From: an uncultured Gemmatimonadota bacterium
GTDB lineage: Bacteria > JAAXHH01
Length of the DNA: 64,000 bases
Direction: 5' to 3'
Assembly (NCBI GenBank): GCA_964593235.1
Contig: CAZQGS010000020.1
Coordinates: 77,717-141,716, forward strand
Shown: positions 1 through 9,952 of the stretch, one piece after another
Position numbering within the stretch: the stretch's first letter is position 1
Layout: each line of letters begins with the position of its first letter
Program-made: the position numbers and the translations under genes
Notes under the pieces: model-generated
What the model saw: only the letters and a program-made list of their open reading frames with translations
What the model was told of the DNA's origin: nothing
Database searches by the model: none

Positions 1-498
1 AGGATTAATATTGGATTTATCCGAAAACCTCATGGCCTAAGGGGTTATGTCCGCGTGGAGGCCCTTTCCGACAGCCCAGATCGTTTTGGAAATATAGAAC
101 GAATAGGTGTTGAGTTAAGTGATGGAAGCCGAGAGTATTTGAAAATTGAAAGTTGCCGGCAGGAAGGAAATAGCTGGTTAATGAAGTTCTTGGAGGTAGA
201 TACTTCAGAAAAAGCTGAACGTTTTCGAAGTGCCTACATTCAGGTTTCCGAAGAAGATATCGCCACTTTGCCAGATGATTCTTACTATGTCTTCGAAATC
301 GAGGGTTGTTCGGTATTTTCCACCGAAGGGGAATTAATTGGAATCGTAAAGGAAGTAATTTCAATGCCAGCAAATGATGTTTTGGTTGTGAGGATGTCGA
401 AAGGAGAGGCAATGATACCAGTTGCCAAAAACATTATAGTGGAAATTAACCCAGAAGACTCGAAAATCATAATTAATTTGATTCCAGGATTAATTTAA
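1..498 (+). CDS. rimM: 16S rRNA processing protein RimM (5' end cut by window edge)
   Basis: Frame 1 is open from nt 1 (RINIGFIRKPHGLRGYVRVEAL...). This gives the typical RimM N-terminal GxIxxxHGxxG motif upstream of the first ATG at 55. Conserved rimM-trmD-rplS order follows. Confidence 0.9.
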   Translation, partial: RINIGFIRKPHGLRGYVRVEALSDSPDRFGNIERIGVELSDGSREYLKIESCRQEGNSWLMKFLEVDTSEKAERFRSAYIQVSEEDIATLPDDSYYVFEIEGCSVFSTEGELIGIVKEVISMPANDVLVVRMSKGEAMIPVAKNIIVEINPEDSKIIINLIPGLI

Positions 499-501
499 CC
501 A

Positions 502-1248
502 ATGCGTATAGATATTTTGACTGCCTTCCCGAATGTTTTTATGGGGCCATTTAGAGAAAGTATTGTTGGCCGAGCCTGTAAACGGGATTTAGTCGATATC
601 TTCGTTCATAGTTTGCGTGCTTTTACTACGGATAGACATAAAACTATAGATGATTATGCCTATGGTGGTTTCCCTGGGATGGTTCTTAAACCCGAGCCTA
701 TTTTTAGGGGAGTAAGGCATGTTAGAGAGCAGCTTGATCAAAGTGCGCGATCTGCTACAATATTACTGTCGGCTAGTGGTAAACCATTCGTGCAAGAGAC
801 AGCTAAGACTTTTTTGGAACTTGATCAACTAATCCTGATTTGTGGCCATTATAAAGGAGTTGATGAGCGAGTGGTGATGGGTTTAGATTCAAAGGAATAT
901 TCTGTAGGTGAATTTGTTGTTACGGGAGGTGAGATGCCAGCAATGATGATAGCAGACTCAGTAATTCGCCTTATCCCAGGAGCTTTGGGCGAAATAAATT
1001 CGGCGACGACAGATTCCTACTTTGATGGTTTACTAGGTAATGCTGTGTATACACGCCCAGAGAATTATAAGGGATGGCAGGTTCCAGAAATTTTACTCTC
1101 TGGGAATCACTTAAAAATAAAAAAATGGCAAAGACAAGACGCCCTGATGAAAACTTTTCATGAGAGGCCAGATTTACTAAAAAATATCAAGTTAACTGGA
1201 GAGGATCAAACATTTTTAAAAACCCTTAAACAGAGTGAGAACGGGTAA
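502..1248 (+). CDS. trmD: tRNA (guanine37-N1)-methyltransferase TrmD
   Basis: 248 aa, starts 3 nt after the rimM stop. TrmD motifs FPGMVLKPEP, LICGHYKGVDERV and SVGEFVVTGGEMPAMMIADSVIRLIPG. Confidence 0.95.
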   Translation: MRIDILTAFPNVFMGPFRESIVGRACKRDLVDIFVHSLRAFTTDRHKTIDDYAYGGFPGMVLKPEPIFRGVRHVREQLDQSARSATILLSASGKPFVQETAKTFLELDQLILICGHYKGVDERVVMGLDSKEYSVGEFVVTGGEMPAMMIADSVIRLIPGALGEINSATTDSYFDGLLGNAVYTRPENYKGWQVPEILLSGNHLKIKKWQRQDALMKTFHERPDLLKNIKLTGEDQTFLKTLKQSENG

Positions 1249-1288
1249 TCTGTACCCATGATTAATTAGAAAGGATTGAAAAATAACT

Positions 1289-1633
1289 ATGAATGTACTA
1301 GATACTTTATCAGCGGAACAGTTGCGAACTGATCTGCCAGAATTCCGTGCCGGAGATACTATCCGCGTAGAGGTTAAGGTCCGGGAAGGTGACAAGGAAA
1401 GAGTGCAGCTATTTCAAGGGGTAGTAATTCAGCGATCTGGCCATGGCGTTGGAGCAACCATTACTGTACGAAAAATTTCACAGGGTATTGGAGTTGAGCG
1501 TATATTCCCTCTCCATTCGCCCGGGATCGGTAATATTGAGGTGTTACGTAGGGGCAAGGTAAGGCAGTCTCGTATCTACTATCAGAGAAAGTTAAGAGGA
1601 AAAGCTGCACGGATCACAGAGAGAAGAAATTAA
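1289..1633 (+). CDS. rplS: 50S ribosomal protein L19
   Basis: 114 aa. [29 protein letters not shown] and [14 protein letters not shown] are typical of L19. Sits in the conserved position after trmD. Confidence 0.95.
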   Translation: MNVLDTLSAEQLRTDLPEFRAGDTIRVEVKVREGDKERVQLFQGVVIQRSGHGVGATITVRKISQGIGVERIFPLHSPGIGNIEVLRRGKVRQSRIYYQRKLRGKAARITERRN

Positions 1634-1640
1634 ACTTACT

Positions 1641-2291
1641 GTGAATAGTATAGAGAACGCTAGACTCCAATCGATGGCTGTTTTAGAGCAGTCCCTTCGG
1701 GGTCATCAGGGTGTACGTTTCATAGCAGGTGTCGACGAAGCAGGACGTGGTGCTCTTGCTGGCCCAGTTATCGCTGCTGCCGTAATCCTCCCCGATAAAG
1801 TAGAATTGCCCGGTCTGGACGATTCAAAACGTCTAACTCCCAGAAAACGTGAGATACTGTTCAGCCAAATTATTAAGTCAGCTACCGCGTATGGAATTGG
1901 TAGTTCAGATGCCAGTTTGATTGATGATATCAACATCCGGCGTGCAAATCTTCTTGCGATGAAAGAAGCAGTTGAAGCTCTTTCACCTAATCCTGATCAT
2001 TTATTAATTGATGGAGTTGACTCGATTGATTGGGGAGGTTACCAAACCCCAGTAGTGCGAGGAGACACTAAAAGTCTCTCAATAGCTGCAGCGTCAATAA
2101 TAGCTAAGGTAACACGTGATCGAATTATGGTAGCCTTTGATAAAAAATATTCTATATATGGATTTGCTAGTCATAAAGGTTATGGAACTCCTGCACACAT
2201 AGATGTTTTAACGACACAGGGACCATCAGAGATACATCGTCATTCCTTTCTCCGAAAAATACTCGGTAAGACCATCTTTAATGTTGCCTAG
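1641..2291 (+). CDS. rnhB: ribonuclease HII
   Basis: 216 aa. Catalytic N-terminus GVDEAGRGALAGPV, then DDSKRLTP and ASIIAKVTRD. GTG start 8 nt after the rplS stop; the ATG at 1674 is an alternative. Confidence 0.9.
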   Translation: MNSIENARLQSMAVLEQSLRGHQGVRFIAGVDEAGRGALAGPVIAAAVILPDKVELPGLDDSKRLTPRKREILFSQIIKSATAYGIGSSDASLIDDINIRRANLLAMKEAVEALSPNPDHLLIDGVDSIDWGGYQTPVVRGDTKSLSIAAASIIAKVTRDRIMVAFDKKYSIYGFASHKGYGTPAHIDVLTTQGPSEIHRHSFLRKILGKTIFNVA

Positions 2292-2508
2292 GTATACCCT
2301 TGTATAGCTTCCCCTTGTCTGTTTACTGTGGTTCAATATAATATTGAAGCGATAGGAGACTCTTGGGACTTAGCTTCGAGGTTTGTTGCCAAATAAGTTT
2401 TATTTTTAAAGACTTAAAAAAATAATAGTGAGAGAATTAATCCAGTGGTATCAAACTTATTAAGTTGCATGGAAGAAATAAACATTTAGGAAGTAGGTCA
2501 ATGTATCA

Positions 2509-3696
2509 ATGAGATCAGTGACAAGTAGAATAAAAATTTTTGTCAAAGTTATGATGTCAATTGGTGTTCTTTTTTTTCTCATTGACGGGTTTCTGTTAAT
2601 TCAGTCCCAATCAAAACGAGTAGGCCTTTCTAGTACCTCTGATTATCCTTTACGATATTCCGGTGTTATTCACGTTCATTCTCTCTACTCCGATGGAGGA
2701 GGAACAGTTGATGATATTATCGAAAGCGGCCATAAAACTGGATTAGATTTTATAATTCTTACAGATCATGATACGCTGCAAGCTAGGTTGGATGGTAAAC
2801 AGGGATATCATAGCGATATTTTGCTAATTGTCGGGGAAGAAGTTAATACGAGCTCCGGACATCTATTGTCGCTTGGTGTTGGTTACCATGTACAACAAAA
2901 AGGTCCTCTTGGTCTCCCTTTATTGCTTGATAAGATATCCAAAGCAGGTGGTGTTTCCCTTATCGCTCACCCAACAGGTCGGCGGCCATGGATTGATTGG
3001 ACTGTGGATAATGTTGATGGATTAGAAATATTTAATGCAGATACAGCTTGGCGTGATGATAATATATTAGAACTAATCAGAGCTCTATTTTTCCTTCCCA
3101 TCATGCCTCTTGAGGCATTTAACAGTTTAATAGATCGACCTAGTAAATCTATTCAATTATGGCTAAATCATTCTCAACAAACGAGGCTAAGTATCGTAGG
3201 CAGTGCTGACGCTCATGAGCGCATACCCATTTGGCAAGATCTAGCATTACCCTTCCCTTCCTATGAAGACCTATTTGGCCTTATTCGAACCTACGTGATT
3301 ACCGAGGTTGAATTAACAGGAGATTCAGTTGTGGATGAAGATATCTTACTCAACTCAATACGGAGGGGAAGTTGTTATGTCGTTTTGGAAGGATACGAAA
3401 CAGCTCCAGGTTTTTCTTTCGATTTCAATGTTGGTGCGGAGACCTTTCCTATGGGCGCTCGAACCAAATATAAAGCCGGTGGTCAAATTGAAGTTGTTGC
3501 TCCCTCATCTGGAGCCATCAGAATCAAATTATACAGGAATGGTAAAGTATTGGCTGAGACAGATGAACAGAAATTATTGATAGATGTCCCTGGACCAGGC
3601 TTATATCATGCTGAGGTATATCAGTTACGGAGTAATTACTACCTGAAAGAAAGCCTAAGAATATGGATTATATCTAATAGTATTATGTTGAAATAG
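2509..3696 (+). CDS. membrane-anchored PHP-domain metallohydrolase (CehA/McbA-like)
   Basis: 395 aa. N-terminal TM helix, then PHP metal motifs HVHSLYSDGGG, ILTDHD and IAHP. Confidence 0.7.
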   Translation: MRSVTSRIKIFVKVMMSIGVLFFLIDGFLLIQSQSKRVGLSSTSDYPLRYSGVIHVHSLYSDGGGTVDDIIESGHKTGLDFIILTDHDTLQARLDGKQGYHSDILLIVGEEVNTSSGHLLSLGVGYHVQQKGPLGLPLLLDKISKAGGVSLIAHPTGRRPWIDWTVDNVDGLEIFNADTAWRDDNILELIRALFFLPIMPLEAFNSLIDRPSKSIQLWLNHSQQTRLSIVGSADAHERIPIWQDLALPFPSYEDLFGLIRTYVITEVELTGDSVVDEDILLNSIRRGSCYVVLEGYETAPGFSFDFNVGAETFPMGARTKYKAGGQIEVVAPSSGAIRIKLYRNGKVLAETDEQKLLIDVPGPGLYHAEVYQLRSNYYLKESLRIWIISNSIMLK

Positions 3697-3728
3697 ATAT
3701 TCTTTCATGAATAATGAATAAGTTATAC

Positions 3729-4736
3729 TTAGCTTATTTCCTTCACTCGCCACTTCAGGTTTCTTCCAGAAAACATTGGTATGACATTGCCGTATTGGTT
3801 GGGGATAACAGTTTCACATTTCTCAAAAACTACTGTTTTCTCTGGAGGCCTCACACCGTAGATTTGTTTTGCATTATCAGAAACAAATTTTTGGAGTTGG
3901 TTCAGTGCCCTATTTTCCTCAAAAAGCTCAACGAGCATCTGCAATGCAATCGGAGCTGTAAAAACCCCTGCAGCGCAACCCGAACACTCTTTTGCATCTA
4001 TAGGGTGAGGGGCAGAGTCACTACCAAAGGCAAGTTTAGGATGGGATTCTAGGGCAAGAGAGAGCAACGAATCTCGATCTTCTGGCCGTTTAGCGATTGG
4101 TTTGCAGAATAAATGTGGGTTTAAAAGATTTCCTGCCACGTCGTCCAGAGTAATCATTAGGTGTTGAAGGGTAACAGTTGCATATAAGTTTTCATACCGA
4201 TCAAGTAGAAGAGCTGTGTCCCGTGTTGTAATATGTTCCATAACAATATTAAGAAGTGGGTAATGGTTTGCTAACTTTTCATAGATAGGTATAAATGCTT
4301 GCTCTCGGTCCATAACAAAATCATTTGTTTCTCCATGTACTAGGAGGCGGATATTCATTTCCTGCATTAACTCTAGCGTTTTTGCAATTTCATGTATTTC
4401 GTTGATCCCATCTTCACTGTGCGTGGTTATACCCGCAGGATAAAGTTTTATACCAATAATACGATCTTTCATCTGAGCCAATTCTTGTTCTGTATAGGGC
4501 TTCATAAACAAAGTCATAAAAGGTTCAAAAACATAACCCTTTAGGGTGTCTCTAATCTCCTGCTCATACTGATTTAAACGTTTCAAGTTATCTACAGGTG
4601 GCACTAAGTTTGGCATTATTACACCACCAGAAAAGGTCTCAGCACTCAAAGGTGCAACATTTCTGAGCATATCACCTTCTCGGAAGTGTATGTGCATGTC
4701 TAAGGGAGTATTTAAAGAGAAATAAGTATTCGACAT
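3729..4736 (-). CDS. pyrC: dihydroorotase, class II (E. coli type)
   Basis: 335 aa. DMHIHFREG, MPNLVPP, KLYPAG, VHGE and AFGSDSAPH match homodimeric PyrC. Confidence 0.9.
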   Translation of the reverse strand: MSNTYFSLNTPLDMHIHFREGDMLRNVAPLSAETFSGGVIMPNLVPPVDNLKRLNQYEQEIRDTLKGYVFEPFMTLFMKPYTEQELAQMKDRIIGIKLYPAGITTHSEDGINEIHEIAKTLELMQEMNIRLLVHGETNDFVMDREQAFIPIYEKLANHYPLLNIVMEHITTRDTALLLDRYENLYATVTLQHLMITLDDVAGNLLNPHLFCKPIAKRPEDRDSLLSLALESHPKLAFGSDSAPHPIDAKECSGCAAGVFTAPIALQMLVELFEENRALNQLQKFVSDNAKQIYGVRPPEKTVVFEKCETVIPNQYGNVIPMFSGRNLKWRVKEIS

Positions 4737-4759
4737 AAAAAATGGAAAAGTTTACTATT

Positions 4760-5839
4760 TTAACGATTAGATATGTAAAAAGGAAGATCAACAATTTCAG
4801 CTTCAACTGACTGTTCATCAACTAATACTGTAACTCGTTTTCCGATTTGCTTGAATTGGCGTCGGATAAAACCTAAAGCTATTATACTGTCAATGCCACG
4901 TCCATATACAGCGGTGGTTATCCATCCTATATCTTTGCCATCCTGTTTAATCGTACAATTCCTCTCTGGTAAGGATGTTCCCTCAATAACAAAACCCGAT
5001 AATAGTCGGTTGGGCTGCCCTCTGTGTTCCATCATTACGACAGGTTCTTGACCGATATAACACCCTTTTGAAAAACTGATTGCCCGTTCTCTGACTGATT
5101 CGTTAGGAATAGTCAAATTATTGAGCTCTGCCGGGCTACATGGAATTCCAGCTTCGACACGGAGAATTTCGATCGCGGCCATTCCCACTGGGGTGCATGG
5201 ATTAGGAGATTGGAGATTAGTTAGGGTTTCCCAGATATCACCAATTTGTTCGATAGGGGAATAGATTTCGTAATCATCTTCTCCTGTGCGGTAAGAATGT
5301 ACCAAAGTCAAAGAAGATGGTCCAGATTTTATCTCTACGTTTCCATATTGGGATAATCCTTCTATAGCCCCGTATGCGTCCTTAAGCTTTATAATAGCAT
5401 CTTTGCCGTAGACCCCAATTAAACCATAATCATTTGTAATATCATTTATTTCAACGTCATCGATAACGGTATATCTCTCTAGGGTTTCTTTTAAAATATT
5501 TACATGAATACGGGTTACATCAATTAATATATCTTCTTCACGAACGTAGATCGCCATGTCTGAAATAATTTTACCTTGGGGGGTAAGCATACAAGCATAT
5601 ACCCCCTCACCTACCGCCAAATTTTGTACATTATTAGTAACTACTCGATGCAAAAAGGTTTGTCTGTCCATTCCTGTCATCTTTAGTTTTCCACGATGAG
5701 ACTGGTCACATATACCAGCGCTAGTTCTAACAGCATCATACTCAGCCCCGATGTTTCCGTAATGGGGGACCCCGGTATTGTTTTTAGAATGATCTGAGGG
5801 AACACTAGTATCAGTATGTTTTGTAGAGTTCTGGGTCAT
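4760..5839 (-). CDS. folate-binding aminomethyltransferase-fold protein (YgfZ/GcvT-like)
   Basis: 359 aa. GcvT-like N-terminal region (DQSHRGKLKMTG) and a C-terminal KGCYIGQE motif typical of YgfZ. Confidence 0.75.
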   Translation of the reverse strand: MTQNSTKHTDTSVPSDHSKNNTGVPHYGNIGAEYDAVRTSAGICDQSHRGKLKMTGMDRQTFLHRVVTNNVQNLAVGEGVYACMLTPQGKIISDMAIYVREEDILIDVTRIHVNILKETLERYTVIDDVEINDITNDYGLIGVYGKDAIIKLKDAYGAIEGLSQYGNVEIKSGPSSLTLVHSYRTGEDDYEIYSPIEQIGDIWETLTNLQSPNPCTPVGMAAIEILRVEAGIPCSPAELNNLTIPNESVRERAISFSKGCYIGQEPVVMMEHRGQPNRLLSGFVIEGTSLPERNCTIKQDGKDIGWITTAVYGRGIDSIIALGFIRRQFKQIGKRVTVLVDEQSVEAEIVDLPFYISNR

Positions 5840-5956
5840 TAGTTTGGCAAGTTCGAAAATGGTTTATGATTGGAAGCATTGAGAAACATTATGTATCATT
5901 GCTGCGCTACGATCATTATGTCAATCTATATTTTAAAAATAGATGGGCGTTTGGGG

Positions 5957-5985
5957 TTGACACTGAGAAGTGTTTCATTTATGGT
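5957..5985 (+). promoter_or_regulatory. putative sigma-70 promoter (TTGACA-N17-TATGGT) for glycyl-tRNA synthetase
   Basis: TTGACA at 5957-5962 and TATGGT at 5980-5985. It lies inside the long ORF-track reading frame but upstream of the homology-supported GTG start at 6049. Confidence 0.3.
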
Positions 5986-6048
5986 GAACGAGTTGTTTTT
6001 TTGTCTTATATCTCTAATGCTCTTAAAAATTCAACAGAAAGGACCGTA

Positions 6049-7647
6049 GTGTCTGCTGTCTCTCTAGATCAATTGGTCTCCCTCTGCAAACGTCGAGGAA
6101 TAATCTTTCCGGGATCCGAAATATATGGTGGTTTGCAGGGATTATACGATTACGGCCCTATAGGTGTTGAGTTGAAGAAAAATATCATAGAATCATGGTG
6201 GCGGAGAAACGTCTATGAAAGAGATGATATGGAAGGTCTCGACAGTGCGATCCTTATGAATTCTCTTACTTGGAAGTATTCGGGCCACGAGGAAACGTTT
6301 GTCGACCCCTTAGTAGATTGTAGAAATTGTCAAGGGCGTTGGCGTGCTGATCAGGTTGGGGAATCTTGTCCCACATGCGGTTCCACAAACCTCACCGCCC
6401 CCCGACCCTTTAATTTAATGTTTAAAACGCAGGTAGGTCCAGTTTCTGAAAACAACGCATATGCTTACCTTCGCCCTGAGACAGCCCAAGGTATATTCGT
6501 AAATTTTAATAATGTATTAACTACGACTGCCCGTAAGTTACCTTTCGGCATTGCGCAAGTTGGAAAGGGATTTCGGAATGAGATAAATCCCCGAAACTTC
6601 CTTTTTAGAGTTCGTGAATTTGATATGTTAGAAATTGAATTTTTTGTTTATCCTGGAACTGAAGATAAATGGCAAGATAAATGGTTAGAAGAACGTCTTT
6701 TATGGTGGGAATCGATTGGTTTGAGTCGAAATAAGATTCGGGTTGATGAAGTTCCGAAAAAGGATCTCGCCCACTATTCAAAAAAAACATACGATCTAAT
6801 GTACAAATTTCCGACTCTAGGTTATGAAGAACTAGAAGGAATTGCTAGTCGGACTGATTTTGATCTAGGGTCTCATACACGGTATCAAGAGCAGTATGAA
6901 CTTACTGCAAAGGTAGTTGAGAACCAGTCTAGCACGACTAGGCTTTCTTATTTTGATCCGCGTGAGAATAAGCACATTATTCCTTTTGTGGTGGAACCTT
7001 CAGCAGGAGTTGGTAGATGTATGTTAGCTATTCTTTCAGAAGCGTATGATGAACCGATGGTTAAGGTACCGACCCCGGAGAAATTGGGTGATGTTAAAAA
7101 TGGTTTGCAGGCTTTTAATAAATCAGTTGCGAAAAATGATAAATTACCTGTTGACACGAAAGACTCTATGCTTTCTCTGGGAGAATCAATCTCTAAAGAT
7201 CTGCCAGAAAATATGCCGCTTATAGAAGCTCTTTTAGCAATGCCGGGGGCTGACCGAATTAAAGATGGTAAAACTCTTCGAAACTTGTCACAAAAAATTA
7301 TCGGTGACCATTACCGGACCGTGTTACGCTTAAAGTCACATCTAGCACCGATAAAAGTAGCAGTTTTTCCACTCAAACGGACTGATGAACAGATTTCTGC
7401 TACTGCTAAAGATATTAGTAAAACTCTTCAAATGGAGACTGGGATACGTACTATATATGATGACTCTGGTGCTATAGGAAAACTGTATCGGCGTCAGGAC
7501 GAAATTGGGACACCCCTTTGTGTCACGGTTGATTTTCAGACCATCGAAGATCATACTGTGACCGTGCGTGACCGAGATACAATGAAACAAGATAGGGTTC
7601 CAATCAACGAAATTAAAGATTACGTAGAAGAATCACTAGCTAGTTGA
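6049..7647 (+). CDS. glyQS: glycine--tRNA ligase (alpha2 dimeric GlyQS type)
   Basis: Class II aaRS. The N-terminus LVSLCKRRGIIFPGSEIYGG is where GlyRS proteins normally begin. GTG at 6049 follows the RBS AAAGGA with a 5-nt spacer. The ORF-track ATG at 5866 would add about 61 non-homologous residues and has no RBS. Motif 2/3 regions (FRNEINPR, EPSAGVGR) and an anticodon-binding domain (IKVAVFPL) are present. Confidence 0.9.
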   Translation: MSAVSLDQLVSLCKRRGIIFPGSEIYGGLQGLYDYGPIGVELKKNIIESWWRRNVYERDDMEGLDSAILMNSLTWKYSGHEETFVDPLVDCRNCQGRWRADQVGESCPTCGSTNLTAPRPFNLMFKTQVGPVSENNAYAYLRPETAQGIFVNFNNVLTTTARKLPFGIAQVGKGFRNEINPRNFLFRVREFDMLEIEFFVYPGTEDKWQDKWLEERLLWWESIGLSRNKIRVDEVPKKDLAHYSKKTYDLMYKFPTLGYEELEGIASRTDFDLGSHTRYQEQYELTAKVVENQSSTTRLSYFDPRENKHIIPFVVEPSAGVGRCMLAILSEAYDEPMVKVPTPEKLGDVKNGLQAFNKSVAKNDKLPVDTKDSMLSLGESISKDLPENMPLIEALLAMPGADRIKDGKTLRNLSQKIIGDHYRTVLRLKSHLAPIKVAVFPLKRTDEQISATAKDISKTLQMETGIRTIYDDSGAIGKLYRRQDEIGTPLCVTVDFQTIEDHTVTVRDRDTMKQDRVPINEIKDYVEESLAS

Positions 7648-7690
7648 TTAGATTTTCCAGGTAAGTAAGAGTGAGTGAAAGGAGTTCTAA

Positions 7691-8863
7691 ATGGGGCGAA
7701 ACGTTAATGTAGGTCTGGTGGGCTATTCCTTTATGGGTAAAGCTCATAGTCATGCTTTTAAGGATATGGGTTTTTTCTTTCCAGATGCCGAAGGAATGCC
7801 AGTTATGAAAGCAATATGTGGCCGTAATAAAGAGAATGTAATGAGTGCTGCAAATGAGTTCGGTTGGGAAGGATATGAAACTGATTGGAGGGAGCTGATA
7901 TCTCGTGAGGATATAGATCTTATCGATATTTCAACTCCCGGAGATAGTCATGCCGAAATTGCTATAGCTGCTGCAGAATCTGGTAAACATGTTTTTTGTG
8001 AAAAACCCCTTGCAAACAACCTATCAGATGCACGAGCTATGGCGAAAGCGGTAAAAAACGCGGGTGTAAAAAGTATGGTTGCGTACAACTATAGACGAGT
8101 GCCAGCCGTAGCTCTAGCAAAGCAGCTTATTGAAGAAGGCCGAATTGGCCAAATCTATCACTGGAGAGCTGTCTATCTTCAGGATTGGATAATGGACCCT
8201 AATTTCCCTCTAGTTTGGCGTTTACAGAAAGAGAAGGCTGGATCAGGCCCCCATGGAGATCTAAACGCCCATATTATTGATCTAGCGAGGTATTTAATAG
8301 GAGAAATTGTTGAAGTTACAGGGATGCAAGAGACCTTTATAAAAGAGCGTCCAATTGTTGACGAAATTGATTCGGCTCTAGGAGCAACCACGGGAACTTC
8401 TACCCGCACAGGCCCCGTAACTGTTGACGATACAACATTAGCTCTAGCCCGTTTTGAGAATGGTGCGGTGGGGTCGTTCGAAGCGACTCGTTTTGCGGGT
8501 GGAAGAAGAAATGGAAATCGTTTTGAAATTAATGGTAGCAAGGGATCAATAACCTTCAATTTAGAAAAAATGAATGAATTACAATACTTCAATCGAGAAG
8601 ATGAAGATCACATTCAGGGTTTTCGTGAAATTATAGTAACGGAGGGGATCCACCCCTACATGGATCGCTGGTGGCCTCCTGGGCATACCATTGGTTGGGA
8701 ACATACTTTTATCCATGAGGTATATGATCTCATGCAGGCTATAGCTGGATCAAACCATTTTCTTCATCCTGACTTCGACGAAGGAGTAAGAGATCAAGCA
8801 GTTTTAGAGGCCATATCATTATCCTCTGAAAACGGCACCTGGGTCAAAATAGCCGACCTTTGA
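7691..8863 (+). CDS. Gfo/Idh/MocA family oxidoreductase
   Basis: 390 aa. Rossmann N-terminus VGLVGYSFMGKAH and the EKPLA motif (VFCEKPLA). Confidence 0.85.
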   Translation: MGRNVNVGLVGYSFMGKAHSHAFKDMGFFFPDAEGMPVMKAICGRNKENVMSAANEFGWEGYETDWRELISREDIDLIDISTPGDSHAEIAIAAAESGKHVFCEKPLANNLSDARAMAKAVKNAGVKSMVAYNYRRVPAVALAKQLIEEGRIGQIYHWRAVYLQDWIMDPNFPLVWRLQKEKAGSGPHGDLNAHIIDLARYLIGEIVEVTGMQETFIKERPIVDEIDSALGATTGTSTRTGPVTVDDTTLALARFENGAVGSFEATRFAGGRRNGNRFEINGSKGSITFNLEKMNELQYFNREDEDHIQGFREIIVTEGIHPYMDRWWPPGHTIGWEHTFIHEVYDLMQAIAGSNHFLHPDFDEGVRDQAVLEAISLSSENGTWVKIADL

Positions 8864-8929
8864 ACAAATTTGCTTTATGGATAGTGATATGTCCTTCATT
8901 GATCATAAGAAAGAAAGGAGTAAGTAACC

Positions 8930-9931
8930 ATGTCTCGTCCAGTAACACTTTTCACCGGACAGTGGGCGGACCTTACATTAGATTCGCTGGCTGAAAAGGC
9001 AAGAAAATGGGGATTTGACGGTCTTGAATTAGCCTGTTGGGGGGATCATTTTGATGTTCAGTTGGGTGCTGAAAGTAAAGCTTACTGCGAAGATCGTAGA
9101 GCTTTATTAGACAAGCATAATTTGAAGATTTTTTCAATAAGCAATCATCTAGCTGGACAAGCAGTTTGTGACCTAATTGATTCGCGTCATGAAGCCATCC
9201 TGCCACCTCATGTTTGGGGCGATGGTAATCCAGAGGGTGTCCGTAATCGAGCTGCTGAAGAAATGAAACAGACAGCACGAGCAGCTTCAAACATGGGGCT
9301 TGAGGTAGTCAATGGTTTCACAGGTTCATCAATCTGGCATCTCCTTTATTCCTTCCCACCAGTAGATTCCACTTCCATTGATAATGGGTACAAAGATTTT
9401 GCAGACCGATGGAATCCTATCCTGGATGTATTCGACGAAGTAGGTGTGAAATTTGGATTGGAAGTGCATCCAACAGAGATTGCTTTTGATATTTCTTCAG
9501 CTGAGCGAACCCTTGATTCTTTAGGAAATCGGGAAGCTTTTGGTTTCAATTACGATCCGAGCCATTTTGGCTATCAAGGTGTAGATTATGTAGAATTTAT
9601 TCGAAATTTCCGTCACCGTATATACCATGTCCATATGAAGGATGTATGGTGGTCTGAACAACCAACTAAAGCGGGTGTTTTTGGTGGGCATATAGCTTTT
9701 GGAAGTTCGGACCGATACTGGGATTTTCGGTCCCTCGGCCGAGGAAGTATTGATTTCGAAGAAATTATTAGAGCTCTGAATGAAATTGGTTACACGGGGC
9801 CACTGTCAATAGAATGGGAAGATAGTGGTATGGATCGTGAACATGGCGCTGAGGAGGCTTGTGCATTTACAAAAAGCGTTGATTTTCCACCTTCAAATTT
9901 AGCTTTTGATGCTGCTTTTTCAGAAGAATAA
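8930..9931 (+). CDS. sugar phosphate isomerase/epimerase (xylose isomerase-like TIM barrel)
   Basis: 333 aa. AP-endonuclease-2/xylose-isomerase-like barrel pattern (GFDGLEL, LEVHP, HVHMKD, SIEWED). Frequently found next to a Gfo/Idh/MocA gene. Confidence 0.8.
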   Translation: MSRPVTLFTGQWADLTLDSLAEKARKWGFDGLELACWGDHFDVQLGAESKAYCEDRRALLDKHNLKIFSISNHLAGQAVCDLIDSRHEAILPPHVWGDGNPEGVRNRAAEEMKQTARAASNMGLEVVNGFTGSSIWHLLYSFPPVDSTSIDNGYKDFADRWNPILDVFDEVGVKFGLEVHPTEIAFDISSAERTLDSLGNREAFGFNYDPSHFGYQGVDYVEFIRNFRHRIYHVHMKDVWWSEQPTKAGVFGGHIAFGSSDRYWDFRSLGRGSIDFEEIIRALNEIGYTGPLSIEWEDSGMDREHGAEEACAFTKSVDFPPSNLAFDAAFSEE

Positions 9932-9952
9932 CCTAATTCTTGGAAGAAGAGA

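Noticed and set aside
5866-6048. A 61-aa N-terminal extension of glycyl-tRNA synthetase is implied by the maximal ORF.
   Set aside because: There is no RBS at 5866 and the extension is not homologous to GlyRS. A promoter-like element lies inside it, and a GTG with a good RBS sits where GlyRS homology begins.
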